248,000 nt of DNA, taken from NCBI RefSeq assembly GCF_000400465.1, contig NW_008806282.1, positions 20,001-268,000 of the forward strand, in the 5' to 3' direction. The translations under genes and the position numbers were made by a program. Positions 122,917-136,687 of this stretch are shown here, piece by piece. The stretch's first letter is position 1; each line of letters opens with the position of its first letter. Below the pieces are notes generated by a model. It was not told where the DNA came from and did not search any database. It saw only the letters and a program-made list of their open reading frames with translations. Source of the DNA: Wallemia ichthyophaga EXF-994 (Eukaryota; Fungi; Basidiomycota).

Positions 122917-123483
122917 CTAAAGGAATTTGCTAGCCAGGCTGCTCAGCCCACCCGAGTCACTTCCTCCAATTGTACCACCACTCATCTTGGACTTGATGAC
123001 GAGTTTACCGAAAGTCATTGCAGCGCTGTCAACAGCAGACTGTTTGTCGTCGCTGCTACCATGACTAAAGTGTTCATCAGCCAATTTCTTAGCCTCGGCG
123101 ATAACTTTTCCGAGGAGATCGCTATCTTTCTCGTTTGTCTGGTTTTCTCCACCAGCAAAGTGTTTCTTGAAAAGGCTCATAGCGTAAGCAGTGCCGTGCT
123201 CTTGAGGCGAGGCGCCCTTGGTATCGCCCTCTTCAAAAACCTTGTTATGTGCCTGCACGGAGCCTTCCTCATCCACATGGCCATTCATCTCGCCCTGCTT
123301 GTCGTTGAGCATGCCTACTGCCTTCTCGAGGTACGAGTGCTGTGACTCATCGCCGTGCTCTGACTTGGCCATGCCGAGGACTGACCTCAAATCGAATCCT
123401 TGCCCAGAAGAGGTGTTACCTGAGTCGCCGCTATTACCTGCGTACGCCTCATAGCCTTGTTTAGCCATATTTACAAAGTCCAT
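122917..123483 (-). CDS. Basidiomycete beta-flanking-gene-like protein
   Basis: MDFVNMAKQGYEAY..VDEEGSVQAH..KQSAVDSAAMT..GGLSSLASKFL resembles recalled beta-fg proteins. Confidence 0.55.
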   Translation of the reverse strand: MDFVNMAKQGYEAYAGNSGDSGNTSSGQGFDLRSVLGMAKSEHGDESQHSYLEKAVGMLNDKQGEMNGHVDEEGSVQAHNKVFEEGDTKGASPQEHGTAYAMSLFKKHFAGGENQTNEKDSDLLGKVIAEAKKLADEHFSHGSSDDKQSAVDSAAMTFGKLVIKSKMSGGTIGGSDSGGLSSLASKFL

Positions 123484-123876
123484 TGTGGATGTGCTTGTGT
123501 GTTTACGGTGCTGATGGTGCTGGTGCAACGTGTATTGCTATCTGATCGGTCCGGGAGCAATTCGGGAAATTAGAGCGTAATGTGATTGCGGAGGAGAGCC
123601 CAAACTTCAAAGGTGCACTTGCCTGCATTTTAATGCGTTGTCTGCTTGCATCTCCTCATCTCCCCGTCCACCTCTTCATCTCCCGAACATCCATCATCTG
123701 GATAACAAATTCAGATAACAGATAAAAGATGGGCACACAACATGCGCGCGCGGCCCTGCATGCCGCACACAGCCTACGCGCCGTCCCGCGGTCGTGGAAG
123801 GCGCGTATTGGTCGAGTTCTACGGGAGGGGGAGGACAAGGACGCACAGGGCACACAAAGCAAACGACGTCTACTGA

Positions 123877-125511
123877 GTGAGTGAGTTAGTTGCGGGGATG
123901 TCCACCGACGCGATCTTACAAAATATAGTCTATGGCAGCCACACCAAACAGCTCGTTGAGGCTCTCCTCCGCGATCCATTGGCTGGCGGTAAAGCTGGTG
124001 GTGGTAGTGGCAGTAGCAGCAGCTCTAATAACACCCCCCACACCTCCGCTACAGACATTCTCCAGCAGCGAAGACACCTCGGCGGACGGCGGAACGAGGG
124101 GCGCGTGTGGACTATACAGCACAGCCACCAACACGCTCCAAGCACACCCACCACTGAGCATGTCCTTATTCCTCTGCCGGCGCTGGAGAAAGTGGATGTG
124201 GTTGAGTGGAGTGACGGTGACGGCGATCGGGAGAGTTGGTCCAAACACGCACACGCACACCACTCCCAACTCACCGACGAAGCTGTCGCGTCGCACGACC
124301 TGATTATCGATAATGGGCCAGCAAGTGCGTATCTCCGCGGCTTGTTCGGCGATCGGCCACGAACAATAAGTATAAACGGGCGCAACGAGCTCGCAGTAGA
124401 TGCGACAGGTGCTCTCGGTGCTCTTGATGCGTTTGAAGCGAAGGACGTAAATGGGTATACGCGACTGACGGATTCCTCCAACATACGAAAGTTGAAGCAA
124501 GTGTTAGTGGGTGATATGCGAGTAGCAGAACGAGAAGCGCACGCTGTGCACGCAGTCAAACTGGCACTCAGCGCGACAGACAGAGTGCTGCGCACGAAAG
124601 AGCACGTTCTAGCGTCGATGGAGAGGGAGAGTGAGGTATGCGTGGAGGAGACAGAAGGGGAATGCGCCAAACTCCTCCAACATTTCCCGTCGTCTACTCA
124701 CATTCAACACGATCATACAGTCTCGTTGCACAAGGCACTCGCAATGCTCAGGTCTTTCCCAGTCGCTCTCCTCCCTATACGCATAGACGACCTGGGTGCG
124801 TTTGTGGAAGGGATACTCAACAAACATTTCGCTGACACCCTCGCACTCGAATATGCCGCCTTTGATGGCGCTGTTGCCCAGACTAATGCGCGCGTTCACC
124901 ACCTCGCACATGAACAGCTGGAGCGCGCGGGTAAGCGGAGTGTAGAGGGTATAGAGGGTTTAGATACAAATGAAGATAAGGATATGCCTCTGCACCTGCA
125001 CACAGCCATCCACCAAAACAACTTGGGCAGAAACGCGTCTGCACTTGCATCAGCACCTTCCACAGACAGCCGCAGTATAGCGCAGCGCACACTCAATACT
125101 CTCACACAGCCAGGTGGCTTGCCTGACAGTATAGCGGCGCGGATGCAGGCAGCGCTTGTGCGCGCGTACGGGGGTGTTTTGTCCACAAGTGCACTGGGGT
125201 ATGCAGGCGCTATGGGTGAGTGGTGCACAACTCAGTCAGCAGTTGGTCTAGCTGTTTTAGGTGGCGTGTGGAGCGTCAAGCATGTGCTCACCAAGTGGAC
125301 TACCTCGGTTGGGATGTTTGAAAGTAGCTGGAAGAGGGGCTATGCGCTGATAGAGGCGGAAAGCGAGGACTATAAACAGACAGTCAGAGCTGGGATGATG
125401 AAAGATGCGCGTTTCGTAGATGCCGTTGTGAGACAACACGTGAATAGACACAGGCACCAACTGGAAGATTTGCAGAAAGAGGTGGAAGGAGTGAGGAAGG
125501 AGTATTTGTAG
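123877..125511 (+). CDS. Mitochondrial membrane protein, Mmc1-like (start uncertain)
   Basis: C-terminal two hydrophobic segments followed by WTTS..WKR. Confidence 0.45.
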   Translation: MSELVAGMSTDAILQNIVYGSHTKQLVEALLRDPLAGGKAGGGSGSSSSSNNTPHTSATDILQQRRHLGGRRNEGRVWTIQHSHQHAPSTPTTEHVLIPLPALEKVDVVEWSDGDGDRESWSKHAHAHHSQLTDEAVASHDLIIDNGPASAYLRGLFGDRPRTISINGRNELAVDATGALGALDAFEAKDVNGYTRLTDSSNIRKLKQVLVGDMRVAEREAHAVHAVKLALSATDRVLRTKEHVLASMERESEVCVEETEGECAKLLQHFPSSTHIQHDHTVSLHKALAMLRSFPVALLPIRIDDLGAFVEGILNKHFADTLALEYAAFDGAVAQTNARVHHLAHEQLERAGKRSVEGIEGLDTNEDKDMPLHLHTAIHQNNLGRNASALASAPSTDSRSIAQRTLNTLTQPGGLPDSIAARMQAALVRAYGGVLSTSALGYAGAMGEWCTTQSAVGLAVLGGVWSVKHVLTKWTTSVGMFESSWKRGYALIEAESEDYKQTVRAGMMKDARFVDAVVRQHVNRHRHQLEDLQKEVEGVRKEYL

Positions 125512-125612
125512 GGTGATTTGGGTGTATAGATGAATGAATAGAAATGATTTGATTTGGTTGGTCGGCTAAGTTTTAGTGGGATCGAGAATCCACCACCTTC
125601 TCTGTTTGTGCA

Positions 125613-126443
125613 ATGCCATCATCATCCGCAACGAAGAAGACAGCGAAGAAAACAGCGAAGAGTGATCAGTCTATGGCACCTTCTAAACCACCATCTAAAG
125701 CACCTAAAACACAGCCCAAGAGCATCCTCAAGAAGAAGGAGGCGGTACAAGAGCCGAGCAGCGAAGACGGGGAGAGTGATGAGGGTGACGTGGAGGGCGA
125801 CAGCGAGAGTGATTTAGACAGCGATGTAGACGCAGACTCTGATGCCTCCGCGTCGTCCGCCTCCTCTGGATCATACACCACGCTCAAACCAAAGAAACGC
125901 AAGCGCAAGAATAACGAAACAGAGGCAAACACTTTCGCTAGTGCCCTCACAAACCTCGCAGACACCTCAGCCACATCGGCGAAAAACCTCGAAATTCTCC
126001 CGCAAGCCAACAAATCACTCAAGAAGCACAGGATGCAATTGAAGGCGCAAAAAGTGTTGCGTGACGAGGCCAAACACAAGGAAGATATTGGCAGAGTGCG
126101 CGATGTTGTTAGTGGCTGGGCTGTGCCGTCAACGGTGATCAAGGGGGGTGAAGGAGGTGCAGACGCAGACAACGCAGTAAACGCACATGTTGACTCCGGC
126201 GCCGCCAAGGAAAAGAGACTGAGGAAGGTGGCACAGAAAGGTGTCGTGCGCCTATTCAACGCAATTCTCGCAGCTCAGAAAGCAGAGAGTGGCGCTAAAG
126301 TGGTTGATAAGGAGAAGGATAGGGGACTGGGTAAGCAGAGGCTTGAAGCACCCGCTAATTTCCCATCGCAAAACAAGAAGCAGGCTAAGAACACAGACAC
126401 TGTAGCCAAGAATGCTTTCATGGATGCCATACGTAAGGGATGA
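125613..126443 (+). CDS. RRP15: 60S biogenesis factor Rrp15
   Basis: EKRLRKVAQKGVVRLFNAI. Confidence 0.9.
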   Translation: MPSSSATKKTAKKTAKSDQSMAPSKPPSKAPKTQPKSILKKKEAVQEPSSEDGESDEGDVEGDSESDLDSDVDADSDASASSASSGSYTTLKPKKRKRKNNETEANTFASALTNLADTSATSAKNLEILPQANKSLKKHRMQLKAQKVLRDEAKHKEDIGRVRDVVSGWAVPSTVIKGGEGGADADNAVNAHVDSGAAKEKRLRKVAQKGVVRLFNAILAAQKAESGAKVVDKEKDRGLGKQRLEAPANFPSQNKKQAKNTDTVAKNAFMDAIRKG

Positions 126444-126633
126444 ATATTTTGTAGAATTATAATTTTGATTTTTTTTTATGCTAAATTCTTATCTAATGAC
126501 GCCATTTGTAAAACTCCTAAACTCCGGCGCTCGAGTGAAATGCCGGGGTTGACTGAGACGACCATCAGATGACGCGGGATAATGGGGAAAATAAAAGAAC
126601 GAGTGGAATAAAACAGCCGGTTTAAGTTTTACA

Positions 126634-128572
126634 ATGAAGCACATATTCAACGATCCAAATGAGCTCCTCAAATGCGCCATCAATGCTCAGCCAACCCTCA
126701 ATCCTTCCCTCGCAGTAGACGTGGCCCAGGGCGTCGTATACGATACACATTCACCCACACCGCACAGGCGTGTTTCTGTTATCGCAGGCGGTGGCTCTGG
126801 TCATGAACCCGCGCATGTATCGCTCGTTGGTGGGTAAGAGTGTACATCCGGCAGAACTCAGCTCATACGCAATCACAGGCACTGGTATTCTCCAAGCCAG
126901 CGTCTCTGGCCACATATTCGCCAGCCCCTCTTCCACGCACATCCTCCACGCCATACAGCGCACACCACCCACCCACGCCATCCTCCTCATTATCAACCAA
127001 TACACAGGCGACAAGCTTAACTTCAACCGCGCTGCACAGAAGGCGCGCTACGATGGTCGCGTCGTGCATACAGTCACTGTCGGAGACGATGTCTCACTTT
127101 CCCCCACAGCCATCGCCAAAGTTGGGCGCAGGGGGCTCACAGCAAACCCTCTCGTCTGCAAGGTGGCTGGAGCGGCGGCCGAGCGTGGGCTGGATGTGGA
127201 GGCAGTGCAGCTTATTAGCGAGGCGGTAGCTGCGAATGTCGCCACTATAGGAGCGTCGCCCCAACACTGCCATGTTCCAGGTCGAGAGAGGGCGCAGGAC
127301 GAGTCCACCGATAACTCCTTATATGTGGAACTGGGTCTCGGTATCCACAACGAGCCTGGGGCTAAGAAGGTGGTTGACAATTCACACTCTCCACACACCC
127401 ATCTCATTCAAGATATGCTCCTTAGAATCCTCTCCTCCCCTTACACAGCCTTTGGTGATGAGGACGACGTTATACTCGTCGTTAATAACCTGGGCGGCCT
127501 CTCGCTTGTCGAGCTGTATGGTGTGGTGGGGGTCGCTAGTGAGGTGCTCACCAGACAACACGCTATTCACCCCCTTCATACCCTCGTAGGATCATTCATG
127601 ACCAGCCTCAACATGCCCGGCTTCTCCCTCTCCCTCCTCAACGTCACCCGCGCAGATAGCGTGTGTGGCGGTGTCGGCGGTGTTAGCGTGGTTGATCTGC
127701 TGTACGACCCCACAGCCGTGACGGCATGGCCAGCTATGAGTATGGGCAAAAATACAAGTATCGAGCAGGAAGAGAGGCAGGAGAGGGTGGAGGATGGGTA
127801 TGATGTCGGAGCTGAGGTTGAGACTAAGACTGAGCAGAACAAGACACACGACAAAGTGAACCTTGAAGCGCAACCATCCACACTCACACCACACTCAAGA
127901 CTCATCGCTCAAGCAGTACACAGCGCATGCGACGCCGTCCTCGCAGCTGAACCCGATCTAACGCACTGGGACACGCTCGTCGGCGACGGCGACTGCGGTA
128001 CGACATTCTCGGGCGGTGCATCAGCCATCAAGGCAGCTCTCGCAGCAGACAGGCTCCCGCTCACACATCCAGCCCCACTCTTTTACTCCCTCTCCCTCCT
128101 CGTCGAATCAAGTATGGGCGGTACGGCTGGTGCGCTGTTCGCGCTGTATTTTGGTGCACTCAGTAATGCGCTGAGCGGGGCAAACGACGTGGGTGAGGCG
128201 AATGCGAGTGTGGATGTCGACTGGAGTGTGCATCTCACATCCGCTGCTCTAACTGCCCTCGACGAACTGCGGTTGTTTACTCCCGCTCAAGTCGGTGATA
128301 GGACGCTCATGGATGCTCTCATCCCCTTCTCCAGCGCGCTCGAGAGTGGGCTGGGTATCGCCGTCGCAGCTCAGCACGCTAGGAAGGGTGCTGAAGAGAC
128401 GGCTTTTATGGTTGCTACTCTTGGACGAGCTGCTTATTGCACTGATTATGCAGATGGCTCTGACGTTAATGACAAGGACAACACTCACAACAATAAAACC
128501 CCCAATATTCCAGATCCTGGCGCTATGGGTGTGAGCGCTATCATTGGCGGTATAGCAGGTTGTTTTAATTAA
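126634..128572 (+). CDS. DAK1: Dihydroxyacetone kinase
   Basis: GGGSGHEP, IFASP, YTGD, LGIHNEPG, VGDGDCG, GDRTLMDAL, DPGA. Confidence 0.95.
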
Positions 128573-128654
128573 CGTGCTTGTATGCTTTGAATACCATGGA
128601 TAATTTCTTTCTGTCTAAAAATACAATAGGGTGCCATCGCACCATATAAACCTC

Positions 128655-129149
<495 letters not shown>

Positions 129150-129435
129150 TCAATTTCCATTTTCATCACGCGCAAGCTCACCCAAATGATCCGAAATTGT
129201 TCGTCAGTGGTAGTGCGGTGTGAGAAGCAATTAAAATTCACAATCTGAATATATAAAGCTCTGGCTTTATTTTGGTATTTTTATATTCTTTATATTCCCT
129301 CTAAGCAGCTCAGCATCACGCGATTTATATAAGAACTAAATCTGATCTGATCGCGGCTGATGTGATGCAGCGCGTCTCGAAATGGATAAATAGCCAGCGC
129401 ATCTCGAGCAATATCCATCAACAACTCTTAGTATA

Positions 129436-129793
<358 letters not shown>

Positions 129794-129930
129794 TTGGCCG
129801 CTTGAGCCACCCTCCCCCTCAGCTATTGTAATATCAATTGTACACTAATTTCATACCACTTTGAATATTCTTAAGGGTACCTAACCTGAATATGTATAAA
129901 CGTAAATCCCCGCCTTAGTTTGTGATTGAA

Positions 129931-131466
129931 ATGCTCACATCACGTGAACCGCAACTGTCATCATCGATAAGCAAGATAACACGGATAAGCGTGGAATTGG
130001 ATATGTGATGGGATTTATGCGGTGAGTTGCGTTTCAAGGGAATTGTAACCCACTCACACACCTCTATCCAGACGAGCAGAAGAAGTCGAGCTGCTACAGC
130101 TACAAGATTCAGATAACCCGTACTTGATTTATCAGCCACCATTCGCATACTCGCTGCCGTCTCAAATGCTCGTTATCGGAATCGTACTCACTCTATGCAC
130201 CGTTCTGCTCTCACACCTCTCTTTCACAGCGCAATACCACTTTCCACTATCAAAGCTCAACTTTCTTTTACAAACGCTGGCTGTCCTCAGTCTCCTTACA
130301 AAGGTTTCCGCTGAATTGGCCCTGGCCTCTATCAAGCTTTACGACATTTCCTCAATTTGGCCTTATATGTTTGAATACACGGCTATTGACATACCTTACA
130401 TTGAATGGGATGTTTGGAAGACTGGCGCGTGGCTAGCGATGTTAGCTATAGTCTCAGCACTTGTCAATGTGGGTGGTTTCTATTTTTAGCACTGAGATCA
130501 CTAATGTCTCACCCCTCACAGCTCACCCACATACAATTCCTCACTCTCCTCTTCCCTTCAGATCTCGAGCAGCTGCTAATATTCACTATTCTTGGCCCTT
130601 TAGCCGTCGTTGGCGCTGCTCTCACCTTCTGCGACCTCAGCAGCTCTGACTCCACTATCAAGACCGCAGAGTCAATTAAGAATGTTTGCAACTCTACACT
130701 CACCCTTCTCTTCACTGCCGCTTTGATTATCTGGGGTGGCGTTATCAATCGTCGCCGTGCTTGGAGGACTGACGGTGGCACTGCTGCCTTTGGTGTTTTT
130801 GCTATAGCCTTGGCTGTTCTTGGTACAGCTGTAAACTTTCTCATCGTCAAAGAAGATGAAGTTCCTTGGTTACAGTCGGTTGAATGGGCTATCGTTATGT
130901 GGCAGTCCTGGCTCGGTTTCTGGTGGTGGGTTGGCGCCGGTATGGGCATTGGTGAGGTCGAAGATAGACGCGCACGTAAAACCAAGAAGCAGAAACTCAA
131001 ACGACGTAACAAGAATCGCACAGTCGAATCTCAAGTTGAATCCATGTTCACTGATAATGGTGAGAATCAAGCCGTCAAACGTAGATGGCGGAGTAGTCAC
131101 AATAACACAAACAATATTCATAACACCCCTCAAACTTCCTCGTCAGACTCACCTGAAACTTCCTCAGATACCTTCCTCTTCAGATTCTCGCCCAGCTATC
131201 TCGTTAGTTATGTGTATAATAGTCTCAAACGCGCACACAACGCAGCTGCAAGAATACAAGCAAAAGAATACAAAAAGAAGCAAGAACAACATGAGAGGAG
131301 ATGGGGTCCAGGTGAATTCGCCATGTCCTCAATAAACCCTATTCCTCAACATTCTCAACTCTCAACGACGGATGAGGACACTGAGGCTCTCAAGTCGGAA
131401 AGAGGTGAAAGGAGCTGGTTTAAGTGGTCGGAGAGGTTTCGACGGCGAAGAGCTGATGAGTGGTGA
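129931..131466 (+). CDS. pH sensor PalH/Rim21 (start uncertain)
   Basis: 7TM, QYHFPLSKLNFLLQ, LTHIQFLTLLFPS, RRRAWRTDGGTAAFG. Confidence 0.7.
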
Positions 131467-131615
131467 TTATGAGTACTAGTCAGTGATAGTGTTGGACAAA
131501 ATCAAGACTCAATGAAGGTTCAATGAAGACTCGATATCCGGATAATATACGTTATGAGTTTTGTATAAGTAGTGTAGTATGCATCTTAGAAATATAAATA
131601 TGTTCACTCTCACTC

Positions 131616-132377
131616 TCAATCCTCTTTAAGCAACTTGAGTTTGTCGTGTACACCCCCATGATCATCCTCATCACCCTCCTCCTTGATATCGCCAATCTCG
131701 TCCGCCTTACGCTTCCTGCTAGTCGGATCATCCTCATCGTCGATCAATTCAACCTTGACGTGATTATAAACCCACCACACATTGAAATAGTTGCTACCAA
131801 CCTGTATAGATTTTTTATCAAGCTTGCTGGGTATTTCAGGCAGTGGATATTCCAATTTCTGATTACGACGACGTGGATCACGCAAATTGGAAGCGCCTCT
131901 AAGATGAAATTTGAGATGTTTAGTGATATTTTGTGTACCTACGCTGATCCACTTGACAGAATGTTCCAAGCGATTGATTTCCTTTTTGAACTCCTTACTA
132001 TCGAAATGAGCGTAGACGAGCGAGTACATCCGTTTATCACATTTACGCGCTAGCTTTGCAAGTTCTTCACTTTGGTCTGCGCGCGCTAGCAAGTTCTGCC
132101 ATTGGTGGACACCTTCGTACTTTTCAATCGCTTCGGGACTGTCCATTAGCACGTAGACGAGTATCACATTGAGTGGACCCCATTCAGGGAATTTTATACA
132201 GCTTATTGAATCCGTGTGCAGAAATTTACTTAGCCAGTCGCACAATTCATTCTCTGCCCACAATTTGCGATCGCCTGGATGATTGTCCTGCTCCAGTGGC
132301 GGGAATGGATTCACTATAAAGAATATCGTCTCCTGGTTCTTGTATTTCTTCTTCCATGGCTTCTTCTCGACGAGCAT
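131616..132377 (-). CDS. Hypothetical protein
   Basis: Intact 253-aa ORF. Confidence 0.5.
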   Translation of the reverse strand: MLVEKKPWKKKYKNQETIFFIVNPFPPLEQDNHPGDRKLWAENELCDWLSKFLHTDSISCIKFPEWGPLNVILVYVLMDSPEAIEKYEGVHQWQNLLARADQSEELAKLARKCDKRMYSLVYAHFDSKEFKKEINRLEHSVKWISVGTQNITKHLKFHLRGASNLRDPRRRNQKLEYPLPEIPSKLDKKSIQVGSNYFNVWWVYNHVKVELIDDEDDPTSRKRKADEIGDIKEEGDEDDHGGVHDKLKLLKED

Positions 132378-132472
132378 TTTTCGGTGGATGGGTTGTGGTC
132401 GGTGATCTCATTATAGACATAGATAAAAGAAATGAAAATTGGCATATCTCAATTTTTCAGCTGTTTGTACAT

Positions 132473-135437
132473 TCATCCAACTATCTCGAAATCATCGCGC
132501 ACTCTCACAAGCGGCTTCTTGATCGTCAACAAACTAGCCCTGCCTTCCTCACCACCCGAAGCCGCCACTCCCTCTTTCCAGGTGAACTGCAGTAATTGTC
132601 CACTCGTGATGACCTCTTCTGGCTTCTCCTTCAACCCAAGCACCTGAATCCTTTCAATCTCAATCTCCTCGCCCTCCGTAAACGACATGCCTGGCTCTAA
132701 TTGCGTGCTTCTCAACGCCCATCCTCCTCTGACATCGCTACTGATGCTACTGAAGGTGAAATTTCTATCGATGAAAGCATCACGGGTGTAGTCGAAAGAA
132801 TGCCCGTCATCCAGATACACCCTACCTTGAGCTTCGCCATAGTGATCGAGGGCTATAGTGAGGGTGAGTGGATCGCGAACCATCAGACTAGCCGACCGTC
132901 TAGCGCGTTCCCGTGTAGGTATAATACTCCCGCCCCTAATAAACAGCGGGAGGGTATCTAATTGAGTGGGTATATTGAGAGTGCGATGAATGTGTTCCTT
133001 CGCGAAGCTGATTTGGTGGGTAAAGTAGTCATAGTAAGGCTGAGATCAGCGTCAGTAACAAGCTTAACACACCGAACACAACAAACTCACCTCATCGCCA
133101 CCCAAATATACACCCACGCTCTGCGCATCCTCTTGCACGACAGGCTTCACGAGCAACTCAGCCGCAGCACCGACGTAGAACTGATCATCGATGTCATACC
133201 CCGCTTCATCGCCCGGATGTACCAAGAACTGTGGCCGTATCACCGGCATCCCGTTGCGCGTGCTCGACCTGAATGCCGTGTACCACAACGGGAGAAGGGT
133301 GTAGCGCAGACGGAGCACATCGCGCACAATACTCCGATATGGCTCGCTCAGTGTGTGTGGCTCGCGTCGTTTCGTGTCAATGTGCGCATGCGCTCGGAAA
133401 AAGGGATGGAATGCTCCAGTCTGGTACCATCGCACGAGATATTGCGCAGAGGGGTCGCCGAAAAACCCTCCAACATCCGCACCCGTCAACATTATTCCGG
133501 AAATACTGTTGGCGAGATTCATTGGTGTCGCGCTGCGTAGATGCTCCCACGTGCCGAGGTTATCCCCCGTCCACACCGCACCGAAACGCTGGCTACCGGC
133601 GAAAAATGACCGAGAGAGTACGAAGCTTCGCTCGTTGACTTCCCCTCTTTTTTCTAACCCCTGCGCGGTAAGATTGGTGAAGAGGAGCCCGTTCATGTTG
133701 TGTATGTCGCGGTGCTCGACGTTGCCGTGGAATAGTACATCTTTTGGCATGGTGATTTCAGGCCCATTGAATACAGTGGGCTCGTTCATATCCACCCAAG
133801 TAAACAGATTGCGCGTTGAGTCCTGTGTCGTGTGTTTGAGTGTTGAACGTCATGCGATGCATACTTTCGCTCACCTTCCACTTTTCGAAGCTGAATAGAG
133901 AAATCCACCAGTCCCAGGCTGCGGGGTTGAGCCTGTTGTCGTGAACATGTGAGTAAGTGAGTGGGGATGTGCGAATGAATAGCACCCACATATCTACCCA
134001 CGAAGACGCACCTGCCCAGCACCACCCTTCATACTCAGACTGTCCATCGGGGCGCTTGACCAGCAGCCCTCTATCACTGGCTTCTTGGTAAACGTAAAAA
134101 TTCTCATCGCGGCTTAGATGAGGATCGATAATATTCACCGTCTTGCGCCCAGTCGCTGCGATGCTCTCAATCATATCGACAGGATCAGGGAACTTCCTCT
134201 TATCCCACAGGAAATACTTGTGGCCTTCAGCGTACTCTATATCAAGCCAGAGAACGTCTACAGGCGCATCAATGGAATCGAATCCATCAACAACGCCCAG
134301 CATATCCTTCGACGTGAAGTAGTTCCATCTGCACTGGTGATGTCCAAGGGCGAACTGCTGCGGCAGCTGTACTACACCTGTGAGAGAAGCGTACTGAGCG
134401 AACACATCCTCGACCGACGGACCTGGTATCAAAAAGAGATCAATAATTCCACTCTCGCCCATCCACTGGGTCGAAGTGGAGTGATTCGAGGGATGTTTCA
134501 CATCGATCCACATCTCACTCGCCGAGAGGAGGAAGACAGCGAGAGAGGAGCGCGATGAATGGGCGTGCATCAGCGGCACAGATCCATACAGTGCCATCGG
134601 GGAGCTGGCTTCGTACTCAAACACATCAAGGTTGTACAGCCGATATGGCTCCGTGTACGGCGGTGAGTTGTCGACATATGGCGTGCGCCGTGGTGATGTG
134701 CCGTCTGTAGGTGGAAGTGCGAGCGGTGCTGCGTGCTCCGGTATGCCGTATATATGCGCATGCGACGGGAAGTCAATGTCGAGCGAGAATGCCTGTGGTC
134801 CTTTAGGCTTGGAGTCGGGTTTGTGGTTGAAAGTTTCCTCCCACATTCCCTCTACTCTGGTATCGTCGGTGTCGCTGCGTCGTCTGTAGTGCTCCATGTG
134901 CAGCAAATCATTTGCGTTTATGTCGACGAGTGTCTCACCCGTTGCTGTGTTCCGGAGAGTGAGTCTGAGGGGGTTGTGCTGCACGGTAAATTCAAGTTGC
135001 TGGTGAGTGGAGGTACGGAAACAGAGCACGTCTGTATCGCGAGTGGATTTGACGTCGATGGCGGATGACGCCATCAGATCTGGTTCAGCGATGAGAACAT
135101 ACGAAGCTGTCTGATTGTAGCGCTGATAGATCCCGCCAATCTCATCGATCCTTAGCCTGGGCAAGCCATTTGCTAGTATGTCCACCTGCAACCCAAAGTT
135201 GACATGCGGCGGGGCGAGAAGATTCTTCATACTCCAAGCGAATGTGGCTAACTCTGGCTGTAGACGAGTAGCCGGGGACTGCAACACATACGCTGACTGT
135301 GTGTTCTCATCTCCACCATTTCGCAATCTGCGGCAGAATGAAGATTGATGACATTGCTTGAAATCGTGCTGCTTGACGGGTGCGACGGTGTGAAGGAAAA
135401 GCACTAAAGTGAGAAAGACGATTGACCACCTCATCGT
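132473..135437 (-). CDS. ROT2: Glucosidase II alpha subunit (GH31)
   Basis: HQCRWNY, WLDIE, MNEP, GAVWTGDN, GADVGGFF, FFRAHAH. Confidence 0.95.
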
Positions 135438-135721
135438 GGTTGAGTAGATACCTCCATGGCGGCAACCACCGCGGCAACGACGCCGAGAACGGCAAAAACA
135501 CAGCATCCGACGTCCAATACACCTACAGCCACTCTAGCGCGTTTGATTTGGCGTGGCTGTCTGTCATTCCAGGGCTGGCCACTTGAAGGTGTGTTAGTGC
135601 GCCCACGCTGCCTGGAGCATGTCCAATAACCCCCACAGGCTTCTGCTTTACTACAAATACTTACCCACTTCCCTCCCCCAACATCCACAGCTCCATCGAC
135701 GATCTCACTTTGGCTTTGGAA

Positions 135722-136648
135722 ATGACGCGACATAGACCATTGCGTGTATGCGACAGGCTCAATTTGAATTTAGACAAGTGGATTATAGAAAATACTTACA
135801 TCACAGTGTGGGTAGATCCACGCGCAATTCCTTCAAAAAGGTGGTTAGAACGCGTCTTCGGTGCTTCGTCTTCGACGCATCTACACGCCGTCATCGTATC
135901 GTTGGATGACGTAGCAGATGAGCCAGGTTCGTCTTTGGGAATACACGCGTCACTACTCTCACTCCCCTTCAGATCCGTCTAATGAATTCATTATCTTCCG
136001 CGATAACGCAACTCAATCTCTCAACTTGGGCAGGCGGAAGAAGAAAGTGAGAGAGAGTGCGAATGTCGCAAGGCCAGACGATCCTCTGCCGAGAAGTGTG
136101 TCTGCTCACTCTTCCACTCAATTCTGCCACTAACCATACACACACCAGCCAATGTACCTGCCCAGCCAAAGCTGGCTCCACTCGACAGGCTTAACATGCG
136201 CAAGTCGAGTAGTGAGCTCTCGAGACTATTCCCCTCAAGGCCATCGTCTGAGTCTTCCCGGCGATCTTCAGACAAAGCAATGAAGCCTCCAGAAAGCAAA
136301 CGAAAGAGAAGCTCTCTCATACCAGCTGCAGTAGACGCCATAACAGACTCAGACACAGATGCATCTAAGGACTCTACCGTCTTCGGCACACCATCCAACA
136401 ATCAAACCCAAGCCAATAACAAATCATCCTTCAAAAATCAGATGCTAGCAACATTTGCAAACTACAATCTCAGCCAATCACATCCCGAATTCAACCAACT
136501 TTGGTCGATTTGCATAAAAGGTGTTTCATTCGCATTTAGGCATAGAATCCATACCGATATCATCGACAAAGAGCAGATTGATCAGGTAGTACTGAAACAC
136601 TTGTCCATGTACCTCCCCAACAGACCTTCTGTGAAGGTTGTAAAGTAA
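135722..136648 (+). CDS. Hypothetical protein, C-terminus resembles Sld7_C
   Basis: NYNLSQSHPEFNQLWSICIKGVSFAFRH. Confidence 0.45.
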
Positions 136649-136687
136649 ACAATGTAATATGCATAATTCATCATTTACTAGCATCTT

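Noticed and set aside
113070-123483. A mating-type locus
   Set aside because: No pheromone, STE3, STE20, HD or MIP genes nearby; STE12 and beta-fg-like genes alone are insufficient
132962-133540. Plus-strand ORFs over ROT2
   Set aside because: Antisense shadows in GC-rich coding sequence
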